DNA of 64,000 nucleotides, taken from the NCBI GenBank assembly GCA_965214405.1, contig OZ243956.1, positions 4,224,001-4,288,000 on the forward strand. The letters run 5' to 3'. Positions within the stretch are counted from its first letter, which is position 1. Each line of letters begins with the position of its first letter. This document shows positions 1 to 10,700 of this stretch, piece by piece. This stretch comes from Trueperaceae bacterium (lineage in GTDB: Bacteria > Deinococcota > Deinococci > Deinococcales > Trueperaceae). The notes under the pieces were generated by a model that did not search any database, was not told where the DNA came from, and worked only from the letters and a program-made list of their open reading frames with translations. A program made the translations under genes and the position numbers.

Positions 1-97
1 GTGACAAGCCCCGTCCATACTGGTTGACATGCGAACCGGCCGCTTTGCATAGCAAAAGCTCTCTGGGTACCAGGAGACGCTGGGAAGGAGTTCGTCT

Positions 98-235
98 ATG
101 CGCAAGGTATGGATGGTGGGTTTGTTGCTGTTTAGCCTAGCGGCTCTCAGCACGCCAGCATTGATCGCCGGAACCGCCGGACAAAACGTTAGCGTGGCGT
201 CCGACGGTGACGATTACGACACAGGGGGCGGCTAA
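98..235 (+). CDS. 45-aa small protein with signal-peptide-like N-terminus and acidic/Gly C-terminus (putative secreted peptide)
   Basis: Not in ORF track. AAGGAG RBS at 85-90, ATG 98, TAA 233-235. MRKVWMVGLLLFSLAALSTPALIAGTAGQNVSVASDGDDYDTGGG. Confidence 0.7.
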   Translation: MRKVWMVGLLLFSLAALSTPALIAGTAGQNVSVASDGDDYDTGGG

Positions 236-243
236 ATAGCCTC

Positions 244-268
244 GCGGGGATGCTTAGAGCATCCCCGC
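244..268. terminator. Hairpin between convergent genes (likely bidirectional terminator)
   Basis: Perfect 11-bp inverted repeat GCGGGGATGCT-TAG-AGCATCCCCGC overlapping the regulator stop codon; no long U tract. Confidence 0.5.
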
Positions 269-3139
269 CTCTTCTAATAGCGAGAGAACGAGGCTTGCGA
301 CTTCGCTTGTGCTGAGGGTCTGCCAGGCCGGGTCGGTAGCGCCTGGTGCGAGGTCCTGAACGTTAATATCCTGAAAGTTCCGGCGGTCCACGTAAAACAT
401 TTTTGGGACGCTGCGGGCGCAGAAGGTAAACAAGGGTGCGCCGATAGGAAGAGGCTCGAGCACGCTCAGGGCGCTCAAGATACCCACTAAGCTCTGCAAC
501 ATAAGCGGTTCGCTCCTTGTGCTGCGTAGCATTCTCAAACTGGCGCTGTAGTGCGCCAGCGCGGCCACAGGTTTTTCCTTTAGACAGATGGCCCCCAGAG
601 TAGCATGTACCCTGGCCTCTTTGCCGAATCTGTTCGCCTGCACGTCTTTGAGCACCTCGTACCCCAGCCTCTTGGCGCGCTCTGCGTAGCCCTCGAGGGC
701 GAAAAGGTGCGCGCGCTTGAGTTTGCAGAGGAGCGCCCAGTGCGTGAGGTCGAGCGTTTGCGCTTCGGCTAAGGCTTCCTCGAGCGCGACCCTGGCCCTT
801 GGCAGCTCACCCGTCTCCAGGGCCAGCCAACCGTTTACATAAGCGCACCAGACGAGCTTGCCCCGTTTGGCTTGCGCGCTAAAGAGGGCGCTCGCCTCGG
901 TGAGATGCATTTGCGCGTCGCCGTACGCGCCCCGGTTGATAGCGTTGATGGCGAGATTGATCATCGCGGTGGCGGCCTCGCCCGACCCTGGCTGAGCGAG
1001 ACGTAAACTCGCCTCGAACGCGCGCCGCGCCTCGGCAAAACCGCCCAGGGCGTCGTGCGCCGCGCCGAGGGCGTTGAAGCACGTTTCCTTGGCGGCGCAC
1101 GCGCCTGCGAGCGCACCAGAGAGCATCGGCAGGGCCGACGTCGCCTGGGTAACGGCCTCCTGGTAGCGGCCTAGGCGCAGCAAAAACCAGGCCCGGCTCG
1201 CGCTTAAGTGAGGGGCGTGGGGGTCTGCGGCGTGGGTGGCGTGGGCGAGGAGCGCCCTGTCGACCAGCTCGAGCCCCACTTGAGCTTGCGACAGCCCGTC
1301 GCAGAGGCGCTGCAAGGCGGGCAGCCGCGTCTGAAGTAGCGCCGCCTCGCCTTGTGAAACGGCCCAGGTCCAGGCGGCGACCATGTTACCTACATCCTCC
1401 CGCAACGCCTCGACCGCGCGCTCCTTCTCGCGCGGGTCGTCGCTGACCACGGCCCCTAACGCGTCTAGAAAGTAGCGCGCGTGTTTGGCTCTGAGGGCGT
1501 CCGTCACCTCGAAGCGTTCGCCCAAGTAGCGGCCGATAAGCGGATGAAGGCCGTACCTGCGCCCGCCGAACTCGAGCAGCGACGCATTAACGAGACGCTT
1601 GAGCGTTTCCGGGCGCGCGCCCAGGACGGCTTCGGCAGCCCCAAAGCCGAACCCACCCCCAAACACGCCAAGGCGAGAGAAGAGCGCGCGCGCCTCGGGC
1701 TCGAGGCGCTCGAGCGACACGTCGAACGCCGCCGCGACCGCTCCCAGAGCCGAACCTGGAGAGCGCAAACGCGTCTTTAGGAGCGTCACCAGCGCGCCAA
1801 GGGGCAGACTCGGCAACCCGTCCGCGGCCAGTTTGAGCGCCAGCGGCACCCCGGCGGTCTGCCGACAAAGCTCGGCCAGCGCGGGCGCGTCCTCGTCGCG
1901 GGGCGCAAAGGCGCGCCGCCGCGCTTCTGCGAGCAGCAAACGACCGGCGTCGGTCCGGTGGAGTTCGCCCAGCGTCGTGGCCCCCTGGGGCAGGTCCAGG
2001 CCGCCAAGCCGCACCACATGTTCGCCCTCGAGCCCCAAAGATTCGCGCGAGGTAACCAAGATGCCCAAGCGGGGGCAGTCACGCAGCAACGCCACGATAG
2101 CCGCGCGTGACGCCGCGTGAGACTCAGCGTTATCGAAGTTGTCGAAGATAAGAAGCAGCGCCTTCTCGCGCAGGAGCTCGGTGAGCCCTTCAGCGCTCCC
2201 GGTCACGCCCAGGGCCTCCGCTAGACGTCGCCACAGGTCGGGCGGGGCCGCGTTGGGTGAAGAGAGCGGAACGACGTACGCCCCGTCAAAGTACGGGAAC
2301 GCCTGCCGCGCGAAAGCCCGCGCCAGGGCCGTTTTACCGATTCCCGCCAGCCCGGTCACGGTGACGAGCCGCGTGGCGGTGCCAAAATGCTCCGCAAGCT
2401 CCCTCAGCTCGGTTTCGCGCCCGACAAAGTTTGGGTCTGCTGCAATTTGCCAGTTAACGCCCTGCCGGGAGGTGAGGGAGGGTAAACGGAGGGAGGGCAA
2501 ACCGTAAAGGTGACGCGCCTTTTCACCGACCCCCTCGGCCTCTCCTCCAAAGCCAGCCGCCAGGAGGAGCGCCTTCGCCCGCGCCAGGGCCTGCACGGAG
2601 GGCGGCGCGACCCCCTCGGGGAGGGCCAGCGCCTGCCGGACGCGCCCGCGCGCCGCCGCCGGGTCGCCCCGTCTCAGGTGTTCGTCCGCCAGCGCCAGGA
2701 GGGTGCGCACGAAACTTTCCTGAAGTTCGCCCCGTTTGCCCTCCAGCCACTCCCGCACCTCTTCGCCTAAGCGCAGGCGTTTGCGCTCGAGCCCTCCCAA
2801 AAAGGTGCCGCCGTAAAGCTCGACCGCCTCTTCATAACGCTTGTCCCCCACCGCCGTCCGGAAGTCCAGGGCGTCTACCCCGACATAGCTGGTGAGATAG
2901 CTGCTTAACGCCCCCCGGCCCGGCTCGAGCAGGCGAGGGTCGGTCTTTTTAAGCCGCCGCACCACGTCCGATAGGCTCTTGCTGCGCTTGGTCTTGTTGG
3001 GCTGGTGAGGCCAAAAAAGCTCTTTCAGCTCCCCCCGCGAGCGCTCGCCCTCGAGGGCGACAAAGGCGAGCACCAGGAGCGGTTGGGGGTCGGTGAGGTC
3101 GGGCTCGAGCTTCAACCCCCCTAATGTAAAGAGGCGCAT
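254..3139 (-). CDS. AfsR/SARP-like transcriptional regulator: N-terminal wHTH/BTAD, NB-ARC (STAND) ATPase, C-terminal TPRs
   Basis: N-terminal LLVLAFVALEGERSRGELKELFWP; AVELYGGTFL (BTAD); Walker A GLAGIGKT; Walker B LLLIFDNFD; GVPLAL; TPR-like repeats. Confidence 0.85.
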   Translation of the reverse strand: MRLFTLGGLKLEPDLTDPQPLLVLAFVALEGERSRGELKELFWPHQPNKTKRSKSLSDVVRRLKKTDPRLLEPGRGALSSYLTSYVGVDALDFRTAVGDKRYEEAVELYGGTFLGGLERKRLRLGEEVREWLEGKRGELQESFVRTLLALADEHLRRGDPAAARGRVRQALALPEGVAPPSVQALARAKALLLAAGFGGEAEGVGEKARHLYGLPSLRLPSLTSRQGVNWQIAADPNFVGRETELRELAEHFGTATRLVTVTGLAGIGKTALARAFARQAFPYFDGAYVVPLSSPNAAPPDLWRRLAEALGVTGSAEGLTELLREKALLLIFDNFDNAESHAASRAAIVALLRDCPRLGILVTSRESLGLEGEHVVRLGGLDLPQGATTLGELHRTDAGRLLLAEARRRAFAPRDEDAPALAELCRQTAGVPLALKLAADGLPSLPLGALVTLLKTRLRSPGSALGAVAAAFDVSLERLEPEARALFSRLGVFGGGFGFGAAEAVLGARPETLKRLVNASLLEFGGRRYGLHPLIGRYLGERFEVTDALRAKHARYFLDALGAVVSDDPREKERAVEALREDVGNMVAAWTWAVSQGEAALLQTRLPALQRLCDGLSQAQVGLELVDRALLAHATHAADPHAPHLSASRAWFLLRLGRYQEAVTQATSALPMLSGALAGACAAKETCFNALGAAHDALGGFAEARRAFEASLRLAQPGSGEAATAMINLAINAINRGAYGDAQMHLTEASALFSAQAKRGKLVWCAYVNGWLALETGELPRARVALEEALAEAQTLDLTHWALLCKLKRAHLFALEGYAERAKRLGYEVLKDVQANRFGKEARVHATLGAICLKEKPVAALAHYSASLRMLRSTRSEPLMLQSLVGILSALSVLEPLPIGAPLFTFCARSVPKMFYVDRRNFQDINVQDLAPGATDPAWQTLSTSEVASLVLSLLEEAGML

Positions 3140-3166
3140 AGGGTGGTTATAGCACGTTTTTGGGTT

Positions 3167-3202
3167 TCGTTGGAACGTCGTTGGAAGAGCGCGTGTTATC
3201 TA
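3167..3202 (+). promoter_or_regulatory. Direct-repeat operator (TCGTTGGAA x2, 11-bp period) plus -10-like TATCTA
   Basis: TCGTTGGAA at 3167-3175 and 3178-3186; TATCTA at 3197-3202; same geometry at 14037-14072. Confidence 0.6.
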
Positions 3203-3322
3203 GGTTTTATGTCGGCGGTTACAGCTTCAGCGGTTACGGTCTCAGGAGTACGGAACGTGAAGGGTAACAAGCAGGGCGCGTTGTCACCTTGCGGTGTGAC
3301 GAGCCTCTTTTACCCTGGGGTC

Positions 3323-4126
3323 ATGAAACGCGCTTCTCCCAACCTGTCTTACAGTCTCGAGCCCGTCCTGCGTTGCCCGCGCCGCTTTCACCTAGAACGC
3401 GTCCGCCGCGAGCGCGTCCCGGCTCCCTTTGCCTCGAGCTACTTTGGCAGGGAGGTGCATGGGCGCGTCGCCACAAGTTTGCGTACCAATTTGCCCGCCG
3501 ACACGAGCGCGTTTCGCTTGCCACGGCGCTTGCTCTTGCAAGGCGGCGAAACCATAGACGACCTCACCTGGCGCGCGCAGAACGCCCTCACCCTGTTCAA
3601 CCTCAAATGCCGCCTCTGGTTGCGAGAGAAGGAGATAAAACACGTTGAGCATTACCTCCTCCAGCCTTACCGCGCGGGCGATGTGGACGTAAAGGTCAGT
3701 GGTATTCTCGACCTCATACTGACAAGCCCCAAGGGGGATACGCTCATCGACTGGAAAACGGGTAGCGCCCACGAAAGCGAAGACCAGCTCAAGTTTTACC
3801 TGATGCTCCGTTACCTAGAAACCGGACGGGAGCCGCGCCACGCGGAAGCCGTCAGCTTGAGCACGGGCGAGCCGCTCTGCGTCGCGTGGAACGAAGCCAT
3901 ACCTCAATGGTTCGAGGGGCGGCTGCTAACGATGTCTCGCCAGGTGGAGCGCTGCCAGGATGATGCGGATGTGGCCGAAGCGGGTCGGCACTGTACCTAC
4001 TGCCCCTACGCTCACGCTTGTGACCAGAGCGAAGCCCCTGGAGGGTGCGTTCTCGACACCTTCACAGGTGAAGTGCAAGGACTGGGAGGAGCGGCATATG
4101 GCCGAATCGAGACTTGGCGACTTTAA
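3323..4126 (+). CDS. PD-(D/E)XK RecB/Cas4-like nuclease with 4-Cys (Fe-S-type) motif; start may be upstream at ATG 3209
   Basis: RCPRRF near N-terminus; SGILD...LIDWKTG...QLKFY; C-terminal HCTYCPYAHAC. Confidence 0.8.
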   Translation: MKRASPNLSYSLEPVLRCPRRFHLERVRRERVPAPFASSYFGREVHGRVATSLRTNLPADTSAFRLPRRLLLQGGETIDDLTWRAQNALTLFNLKCRLWLREKEIKHVEHYLLQPYRAGDVDVKVSGILDLILTSPKGDTLIDWKTGSAHESEDQLKFYLMLRYLETGREPRHAEAVSLSTGEPLCVAWNEAIPQWFEGRLLTMSRQVERCQDDADVAEAGRHCTYCPYAHACDQSEAPGGCVLDTFTGEVQGLGGAAYGRIETWRL

Positions 4127-5096
4127 GAACTTGTTCCGTGAAAAACGCACCTGGCGTGTCACCGACATCGAAAATCGCTTGGGAATCAGTCACACGAGCG
4201 TTTACCGTCTGCGAGACCAGCTTTACAGCCGCGAGCAAATATCTCTCGAAGCCAACATAAGAGATGACGACGGGCGGCTGATGCGCAGCGAACACGTCCA
4301 GCTAGGCTGCCTGAGTTGGCCCGAGGCGACGCCCATCGAAGAAGACGTCGGCGTTCAGATGCCCAAGTCTGAACTCGAGGCGCTAAAAGCGGCGGTTGCG
4401 CAGACCGAACACCTGACACCGCTCCTCAAAAGCGCACTAAAAACCCTTGGGCAGAGCAGCGCCGCCAAGAAACAGCTAAAATCCGAGCCCGTTATCTACA
4501 ATCCTCAAGTCGACCGGTACGACGCAGCGCTATTTGAAAAAGTGAGCAAGGCCATCCTGGATAGGCGGATTGCTCTAGTGACCTACGAAAACGCCCAGGG
4601 TCAGCAAAAAACCTACAAGTTCAACGCTTACAAACTCGTTTCCAGCAACCATCATTTGCATCTCGTCGGCGTAAGCCACAACAGCCTCGAGGCTGGCTTT
4701 GATACCGTCATCAGGCTGAGGCTGGACAAAATCACTGATTTTCGCTTTTTCTATGAAAAGAATAAAGCTATGTACTTCAAAAAGCCCAACTTTAACGTGC
4801 AAGACTACGCCCACAGAGAATTTGGTCCCTTCAGCGCCGAGGGTGAGCCGGTGAACGTCCGCGTTAAGTTTAGCCCGGAAAAAGCCCATTACATCGAGAG
4901 AACCAAACGGCACAAGTCCCAGAAGGTCATATGGTTAGAAGACGGTAGCGTCCTCTGGGAGATTGGAGCACCGCTGACCGACGACCTGGTGTATTGGGTG
5001 GTCGGTTATGGACCGCACGCGCGGGTGCTCGAGCCTCGAGAACTGAGAGAAAAGGTCGTGGCGTGGGCGCAGGGGAGTGTCGATGCGAATTCATAA
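4098..5096 (+). CDS. HTH-WYL-WCX domain transcriptional regulator
   Basis: GGAGGAG RBS; HTH-like IENRLGISHTSVYRL; LRLDKI; WVVGYGPHARVLEPRELRE typical WYL C-terminus; upstream of cas3' as in I-D loci. Confidence 0.85.
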   Translation: MAESRLGDFKNLFREKRTWRVTDIENRLGISHTSVYRLRDQLYSREQISLEANIRDDDGRLMRSEHVQLGCLSWPEATPIEEDVGVQMPKSELEALKAAVAQTEHLTPLLKSALKTLGQSSAAKKQLKSEPVIYNPQVDRYDAALFEKVSKAILDRRIALVTYENAQGQQKTYKFNAYKLVSSNHHLHLVGVSHNSLEAGFDTVIRLRLDKITDFRFFYEKNKAMYFKKPNFNVQDYAHREFGPFSAEGEPVNVRVKFSPEKAHYIERTKRHKSQKVIWLEDGSVLWEIGAPLTDDLVYWVVGYGPHARVLEPRELREKVVAWAQGSVDANS

Positions 5097-5196
5097 GCTT
5101 TCCAAAACGACCGCCTTGAGCTCATTCGAAAGCTACATACCAAAAGCCACCAAGGCTTGTAGGTCTTGCTCGAGCGAATGGGTATCAGAAATCATC

Positions 5197-5448
5197 CTAA
5201 CGTTCTTCAGCATAGTTCAGGTCGTTGGCTATAAAGTCTTCAGCGTCGTAGTTGGGAAAGGAGTAGCCGTGTGAGGTATACCAGCGGATGGCCTCGAGGC
5301 GATTCAAACCCAACAGCGAGCCCGCCTTGCCGACGCTCATACGCTCTTCGCGCACCATTTGCAGCAGCAGACTCTCTAAGACTTTACGCTCTAAGTCGTC
5401 TCCGTAAGCGGCGAGTATTTCGGGGGAAAGCTCGAGGGTTATGGGCAT
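5197..5448 (-). CDS. UPF0175-family antitoxin-like protein (orphan; only a short MISDTHSL... PIN-like stub follows at 5195)
   Basis: MSVGKAGSLLGLNRLE HTH motif; leaderless -10 TATACT (5455-5460) 6 nt before ATG. Confidence 0.7.
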   Translation of the reverse strand: MPITLELSPEILAAYGDDLERKVLESLLLQMVREERMSVGKAGSLLGLNRLEAIRWYTSHGYSFPNYDAEDFIANDLNYAEER

Positions 5449-5767
5449 ATGGGGAGTATAGGGCAAAGGTGAGAGGTTGGGTAGGGTTTGAACCTCGAGT
5501 CGAAGAAAAGGTCGTGGTGTGGGCGCAAGGGGGTGTGGCACCTAAGAACGTTGTTCAGCCAAGATTTGCTCGAGGTCTTTTACAAGTGGAGGGAGATCTG
5601 TTTGTGGGTTGTTGCCTCCAAGTTATCCTCAACCCGCAGCGTCCAATCACTCAACCAAGCCAAAAGCGGCGAGAGAAGCAACACTCGAACCTTGAGGTCA
5701 TCACGGCGAATAATGAATGTATGAAAAGCGTCGGGAGCGTTGTGGCAAACTCGAGCTGGGAGGCTTA

Positions 5768-7768
5768 ATGAAGTTAAATTTACTCGAGACGTGGTCGAAA
5801 TATCATGAGGGCGAGGTTCCCTTTGACTTACCTGAAGGCTGGCGGCTGGTCACGCATCAAATGGAAGTCTATGAAGCCCTACGCGACCCTGATATTGATG
5901 TAGTTTTTGACACTGCGATGACAGGGGACGGCAAGACATTGGCGGCTATTCTTCCAGCAGTTTACCAACGTGACACTTTAGATAAGGCGTTATTTGCTTA
6001 TCCGACCAATGAACTTATCCGAGACCAGTTCAAGCAATTCGGCAGTTGGGAAAAAAATTTGGGATTCCAGTTAAGCCGCTACGCACTGGATAGCGCGAGC
6101 TTGACAGCTTACGCGAAAGAGATTGATATCCATAGGAATGTAGCCCTTGAAGACATCGCCTATCTAAACGATGCTGTTCTAACAAATCCAGATATTTTTG
6201 TTCTTTTGCAACGCGCACATTATGACCGACAAAAGACTGCAAGTGCTCGCATCGCGCAAACCTGGCTCAACCAATTTAGATACATTGTCTTGGACGAGTT
6301 CCATATTTTCGGTACACCTCAAGCAACCACTGTTTTAGATGCTATTGCTTTCAGTCGAGCTTCTCTAGGCGATAAATTTGCGTCCAAGTTTTTGTTCCTT
6401 TCTGCTACGCCGAGCGGCATCCTGGTAAGGAAGCTTGAAAACGCAGGACTGAATTTTAGGGAAGTAAAAGGGCAGTATCAGCACGGCGGCGCAGATGAGA
6501 AGAAGTACAGGCGCATTCTTCACGAAGTTGAGCTTGAGCTAACAGAGAACAGTGGGAGCGTAGAGAACTGGGTGGTAGATAACATCGAGTGGATAAAATC
6601 TTTTTTTGAAGAACATCGAGGGACGAAAGGGTTAATCCTTGTCAACGGTTTGGCAGTAGCAAAGCGAACAGCGACCTTCTTGCGAGAGAATTTTGATGGT
6701 ACGGTTGCCGAAAATACGAGCCTGACGGGAAAAGAAGAGAAAGAGGAATCTCTAAAAGCTGATCTAGTCGTTGCGACTTCCACAGTTGACGTAGGCGTAG
6801 ATTTTAGCATCAACTTGCTTATTTTCGAATCTACTGATGCCGGAACATTTATTCAGCGTTTGGGAAGATTAGGAAGACACGACGGCTTTGAAGTTTACAG
6901 AGCGGTAGCACTTTTGCCTGATTGGGCGGTTAATAAGTTTCCTGAGCACTATACCAACGGTCAAGCCATAGATCGTGAAACCTTTTTTGATACGGTGCGC
7001 AATAAGATTTACAGAAAGCCACAAGAATTCTTGAGCTACGTCAAACGTTGGGGTGGGGTATCAGCGGGCATACATCATGCTAAGCTCAATCGGTATCACT
7101 ATCTCACTTTAAGAGAGCGTTATTCTGAAGTTGCTAAACGGCTGCTGGGTAGCTTTGCCTATCCAGCGAGCTTGGCCGAGTTCAAGAATCACCGCTCAAT
7201 AATTCGAGACCTCGAGGCGTTTCGCGGCTCAAGCAGCATAGATGCCTGGGTATTTGATTCTGAAGCCGGTGCTGTCAAGAGCATGAGCATTCTACGGCTG
7301 CTCCGAACAACGGACTTCAAGCTAATAGATGAATCCGAAGCAAGAAGAGTTAGCGAAAATCACGATGTCGCTTTTCATACCAGTGAGATAGGTTTATAGG
7401 CTGAAATCACAAACTACCTTGCCGACTACCGCAGCATCGAACTCGAATTCGGTGGTTACCTCAAAACTTTATCGTTACATGTCGCGCAGCAGCGGCAGGG
7501 CTTCCGAGTACGCGCCAACTACTACGACCTAAAGCGGATCAATCAAAAGCTCGAGCAAACAGCCTTAACTACGTGTGTCGCTGACCCGACTGAGTACGAT
7601 GTCGGTAAGTTGCGACGCTGCTTCACGCTCCCCTTTTTCTTCGATTTACAAGAGGTGCGTGACGACAATGGTAAAGGAGCGACTTATCCTGTTGCATTCA
7701 ACCTTGATGCGCTTTTGCTAGACAGCATGTTGCATTTTCGCCCAACGCGCGAACCCGATTTTGTTTAA
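5768..7768 (+). pseudogene. cas3: Type I-D Cas3' helicase interrupted by in-frame TAG at 7397-7399
   Basis: TAMTGDGKT, YPTNELIRDQ, DEFH, SAT, TSTVDVGVDF, QRLGRLGRH. Frame stays open 122 codons after the TAG, to YPVAFNLDALLLDSML...TAA at 7766-7768, abutting the cas10d RBS. Confidence 0.85.
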
Positions 7769-7778
7769 GGAGACAGTG

Positions 7779-10700
7779 ATGGATACTGATTGGCTTTTTG
7801 ACATAGAGGAAGATATAAGCCAAGAACGAGACGAACTCCCGCAGCCTCCCCTCGTCCGTCTGGCGCTTGACTCTCTGATCATGCCAGAGGACCGGGTACT
7901 GCATGACTGGATAGGGAGGGTGTTTCCTTTCATACTCGACCATCTTAGCCTCGAGGGTGCTAAGGGGCTGAGCATTGAGGCAACTCGCCCACTTATTCCA
8001 GACGGCTTGACAGAGGATAAAGCTGAAGAAATTGTTAAAAAATTTGAGGCACTGGACGATCAAAGTATGGCGGTGCATCTTCTCAATGCGACACTTAGCG
8101 GGTGGTCGCTGGTCAAGCTAGCAAAACTTGATGAAACAGAACAACGCCTCTACTTAGCTGGCGTTACTTTGCACGACCTCAACAAGATCGCTTTAAGCAA
8201 ACTGGGAGAACTTCGCCTCGACGGTGAGGACACTACAAAATATACGCAAAGTTTTGAGGCGTGGGGAACCAAACTTAACCTTTGGGAATTTATTTCTAAA
8301 GGTTATTGGCAGGATGCAGCATTTCTAGCTCAGAACGCCGAGGTTTCTCGAGGAGAAAATCGAACCTTTGCCAATTACCCTGATGCGAAATTGACACCAG
8401 GAAAATTGGAGAAACTTGCCCCCTTTGTGTATTTTGCGGATTTAGCCGCATCAATCGCAAAAAACCCGAAAGATTTACCTGAAGAAACGAGAGCGCAAGA
8501 CATCGTAAGGCGGGTGCTGCGGAATCAGTACGAGCTTACTTATCATAGCACGAGTGACAACCGAGGTTTGTTGACGCAGCTCATCCACAACGCTGTGCTC
8601 GAGAAAGCTACTGAAGTCGAATGGATACCCATTTTGTTTTTTCCCAAAGGCATAACTTACTTGCGGCCAGTGAACGCACTTTCTATAGACCTTGCCCCCG
8701 TACCCCAGCTGGTTCGTAACGCCATAATGATGGTTCTGCGTCCGCGCATTCAGGACTTCATAGTTCATGACCGCACAAAAGCAGCCAGAGGCGGGCAATA
8801 CGACGAAGGAATTCTGGAAATTGCGGATTTACAGACAATATGTTCTACGCTGATCAGCTACATGATTTCCAGGATCGGAGAAAAGTCAAAGATTGTTATT
8901 GGAGAGCGGCGCGAAAAGTTACTAGATAAAGCTCCTAAACTCGCTAACGAGTTGGGTTGGGACTATCCAATACATCGTCACGCAGACATTGTTGCTGAAT
9001 CATTCGCTGCCATCAACCGAGTTGTTGCTAACTACTACAGTAAAAAAGGGAAGGCCAGTTCACAGGAACAGTGCCGTGTGGCCTTGAGGCTCATTCTCGC
9101 TTTGGGAATGAAAGAGCACGCAAAAGCTTGGACAGCGATTGAGAGTAAAGAGTATGCCTCTAGCTTTGGCGGAACTGCTCATGGTTGGTACTACATAGGG
9201 GGGCATTTTGCCAAAAAGCATTCCGCTGTGAGTGACGCCGAGCTTGAGGAGAGGATGAATGCGGCTGTTGACGAAGTTCTGCGGAAGATGGAGAAAATTA
9301 AAAATCCACCGGAAAGCAAAGCGTTCAGTTTCTTAGAAGACTATGTGCCGCAGACTCTACACGTCACCCAAGCGAACGAGCACGCCTTCGCAGGTGAGCT
9401 TGAGGCGTACGAGAAGGGTAAAGCTACAAGTGGGGGGAAGAAAACTATCTGCACGATTTGCAGTGGTACCACTGAAGTCAAGTTGGAGCAGATGGGCTAT
9501 ACCAATCGGCGCGTTGCTAGCATCACAAAGGACTCGAACAAGCGTGGTATCTGTGCCCTTTGTCGGCTCGATCAACTCTTGCTAGGCAAAAACTTAGATT
9601 ACAAGCGTAGTGGTGTAAGTGACAAACGTAAAGAGGCTATTGTCTATTTGCATCTTTACCCCAACTACTTCTTCACACCAGAGACCAGTAGATTGATGAA
9701 CCGCGCTTATGAAGACTTTGCGGCGAGTCGGTTTAGCAACATCGAAGGAGAAATGCGGGAGCACAACTACAGAGCAAACTGGCTCGTAAGAGCGGACATT
9801 TTTCGAATACATGAAGACCCTAGCAGGGGAAAGCGATTTTCGACAGAAAAGCTCGAGTACCCACCGCACCACCTTTGCAGCTACTTTCTGACTGGATTAC
9901 CTTTCACAGACCCCAAAGGTCCAGACGCCAACATCACTGACACAGAAACTTGGGCGATGCCCGCCCTTTTAGCACTTTTCACGCCAATTGTTTTTGGCAC
10001 AAAGGTTGTGGCAAGTCGCTCAGCGCTGCCACCCTTTGATTCGGGAGGAGACTTTAGGGAGACAGTAGTGCTGGATGAGATACATCCTTTTTGGAAACAT
10101 GGAATGCGGTTGGAGCGTTTGCGCCTTGACCAGCTTGCTTTAGCAGTTCCTGCTGCGCTTTCTCTTTATTCTATTATCAGCCAAACCTCTACACGTCAGA
10201 CTGAAAAAGGAGACGTTACAAGCTGGAACATGTTGAATGAAGCCACTAGGAAAGTTGCAACGGGTCCTCTTTCACTTTTTAGCTACGCAGATCGTATAAG
10301 TCAGCAGCAAAGTAGGAGGGGGGGAGTAGTAACGACGACAAGTGGAATGAGACCTCAGCTAGCCAACCGTCTAGTTGGATATTATGAGCATTTAACCAGC
10401 TACTACACCAAGTATAAGTTAGGGGATACATCATCTATGAATCTAGTTCGTGACCTTGTTGAGAGCTACACCAAGTTCTATCAAGCAAGCGGTTTCGCCG
10501 CTTACGCGCGGGTACGCCCGCTAGATATAGCTATCAAAGCCACATTAGATATACCTCCTAGCTTGGATAAAGACGAGGAGAGCTTCAAGTTACAAATTAC
10601 AGGGCGACTTCTCAAAATGCTCCAAGGCATTCGAAGTGACGCTGTAAAGGGATACTTACCAGGTTCTCTGTGGAAAAATGAACACGAACGCATCGAACCT

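Noticed and set aside
879..2770. Numerous overlapping Arg/Ala/Pro-rich ORFs here and throughout the window
   Set aside because: Shadow frames of high-GC genes.
7397..7399. Selenocysteine/pyrrolysine recoding of the cas3' stop, given selD in the window
   Set aside because: Sec uses UGA, not UAG; selD here pairs with selU and has Cys; no pyl genes seen.
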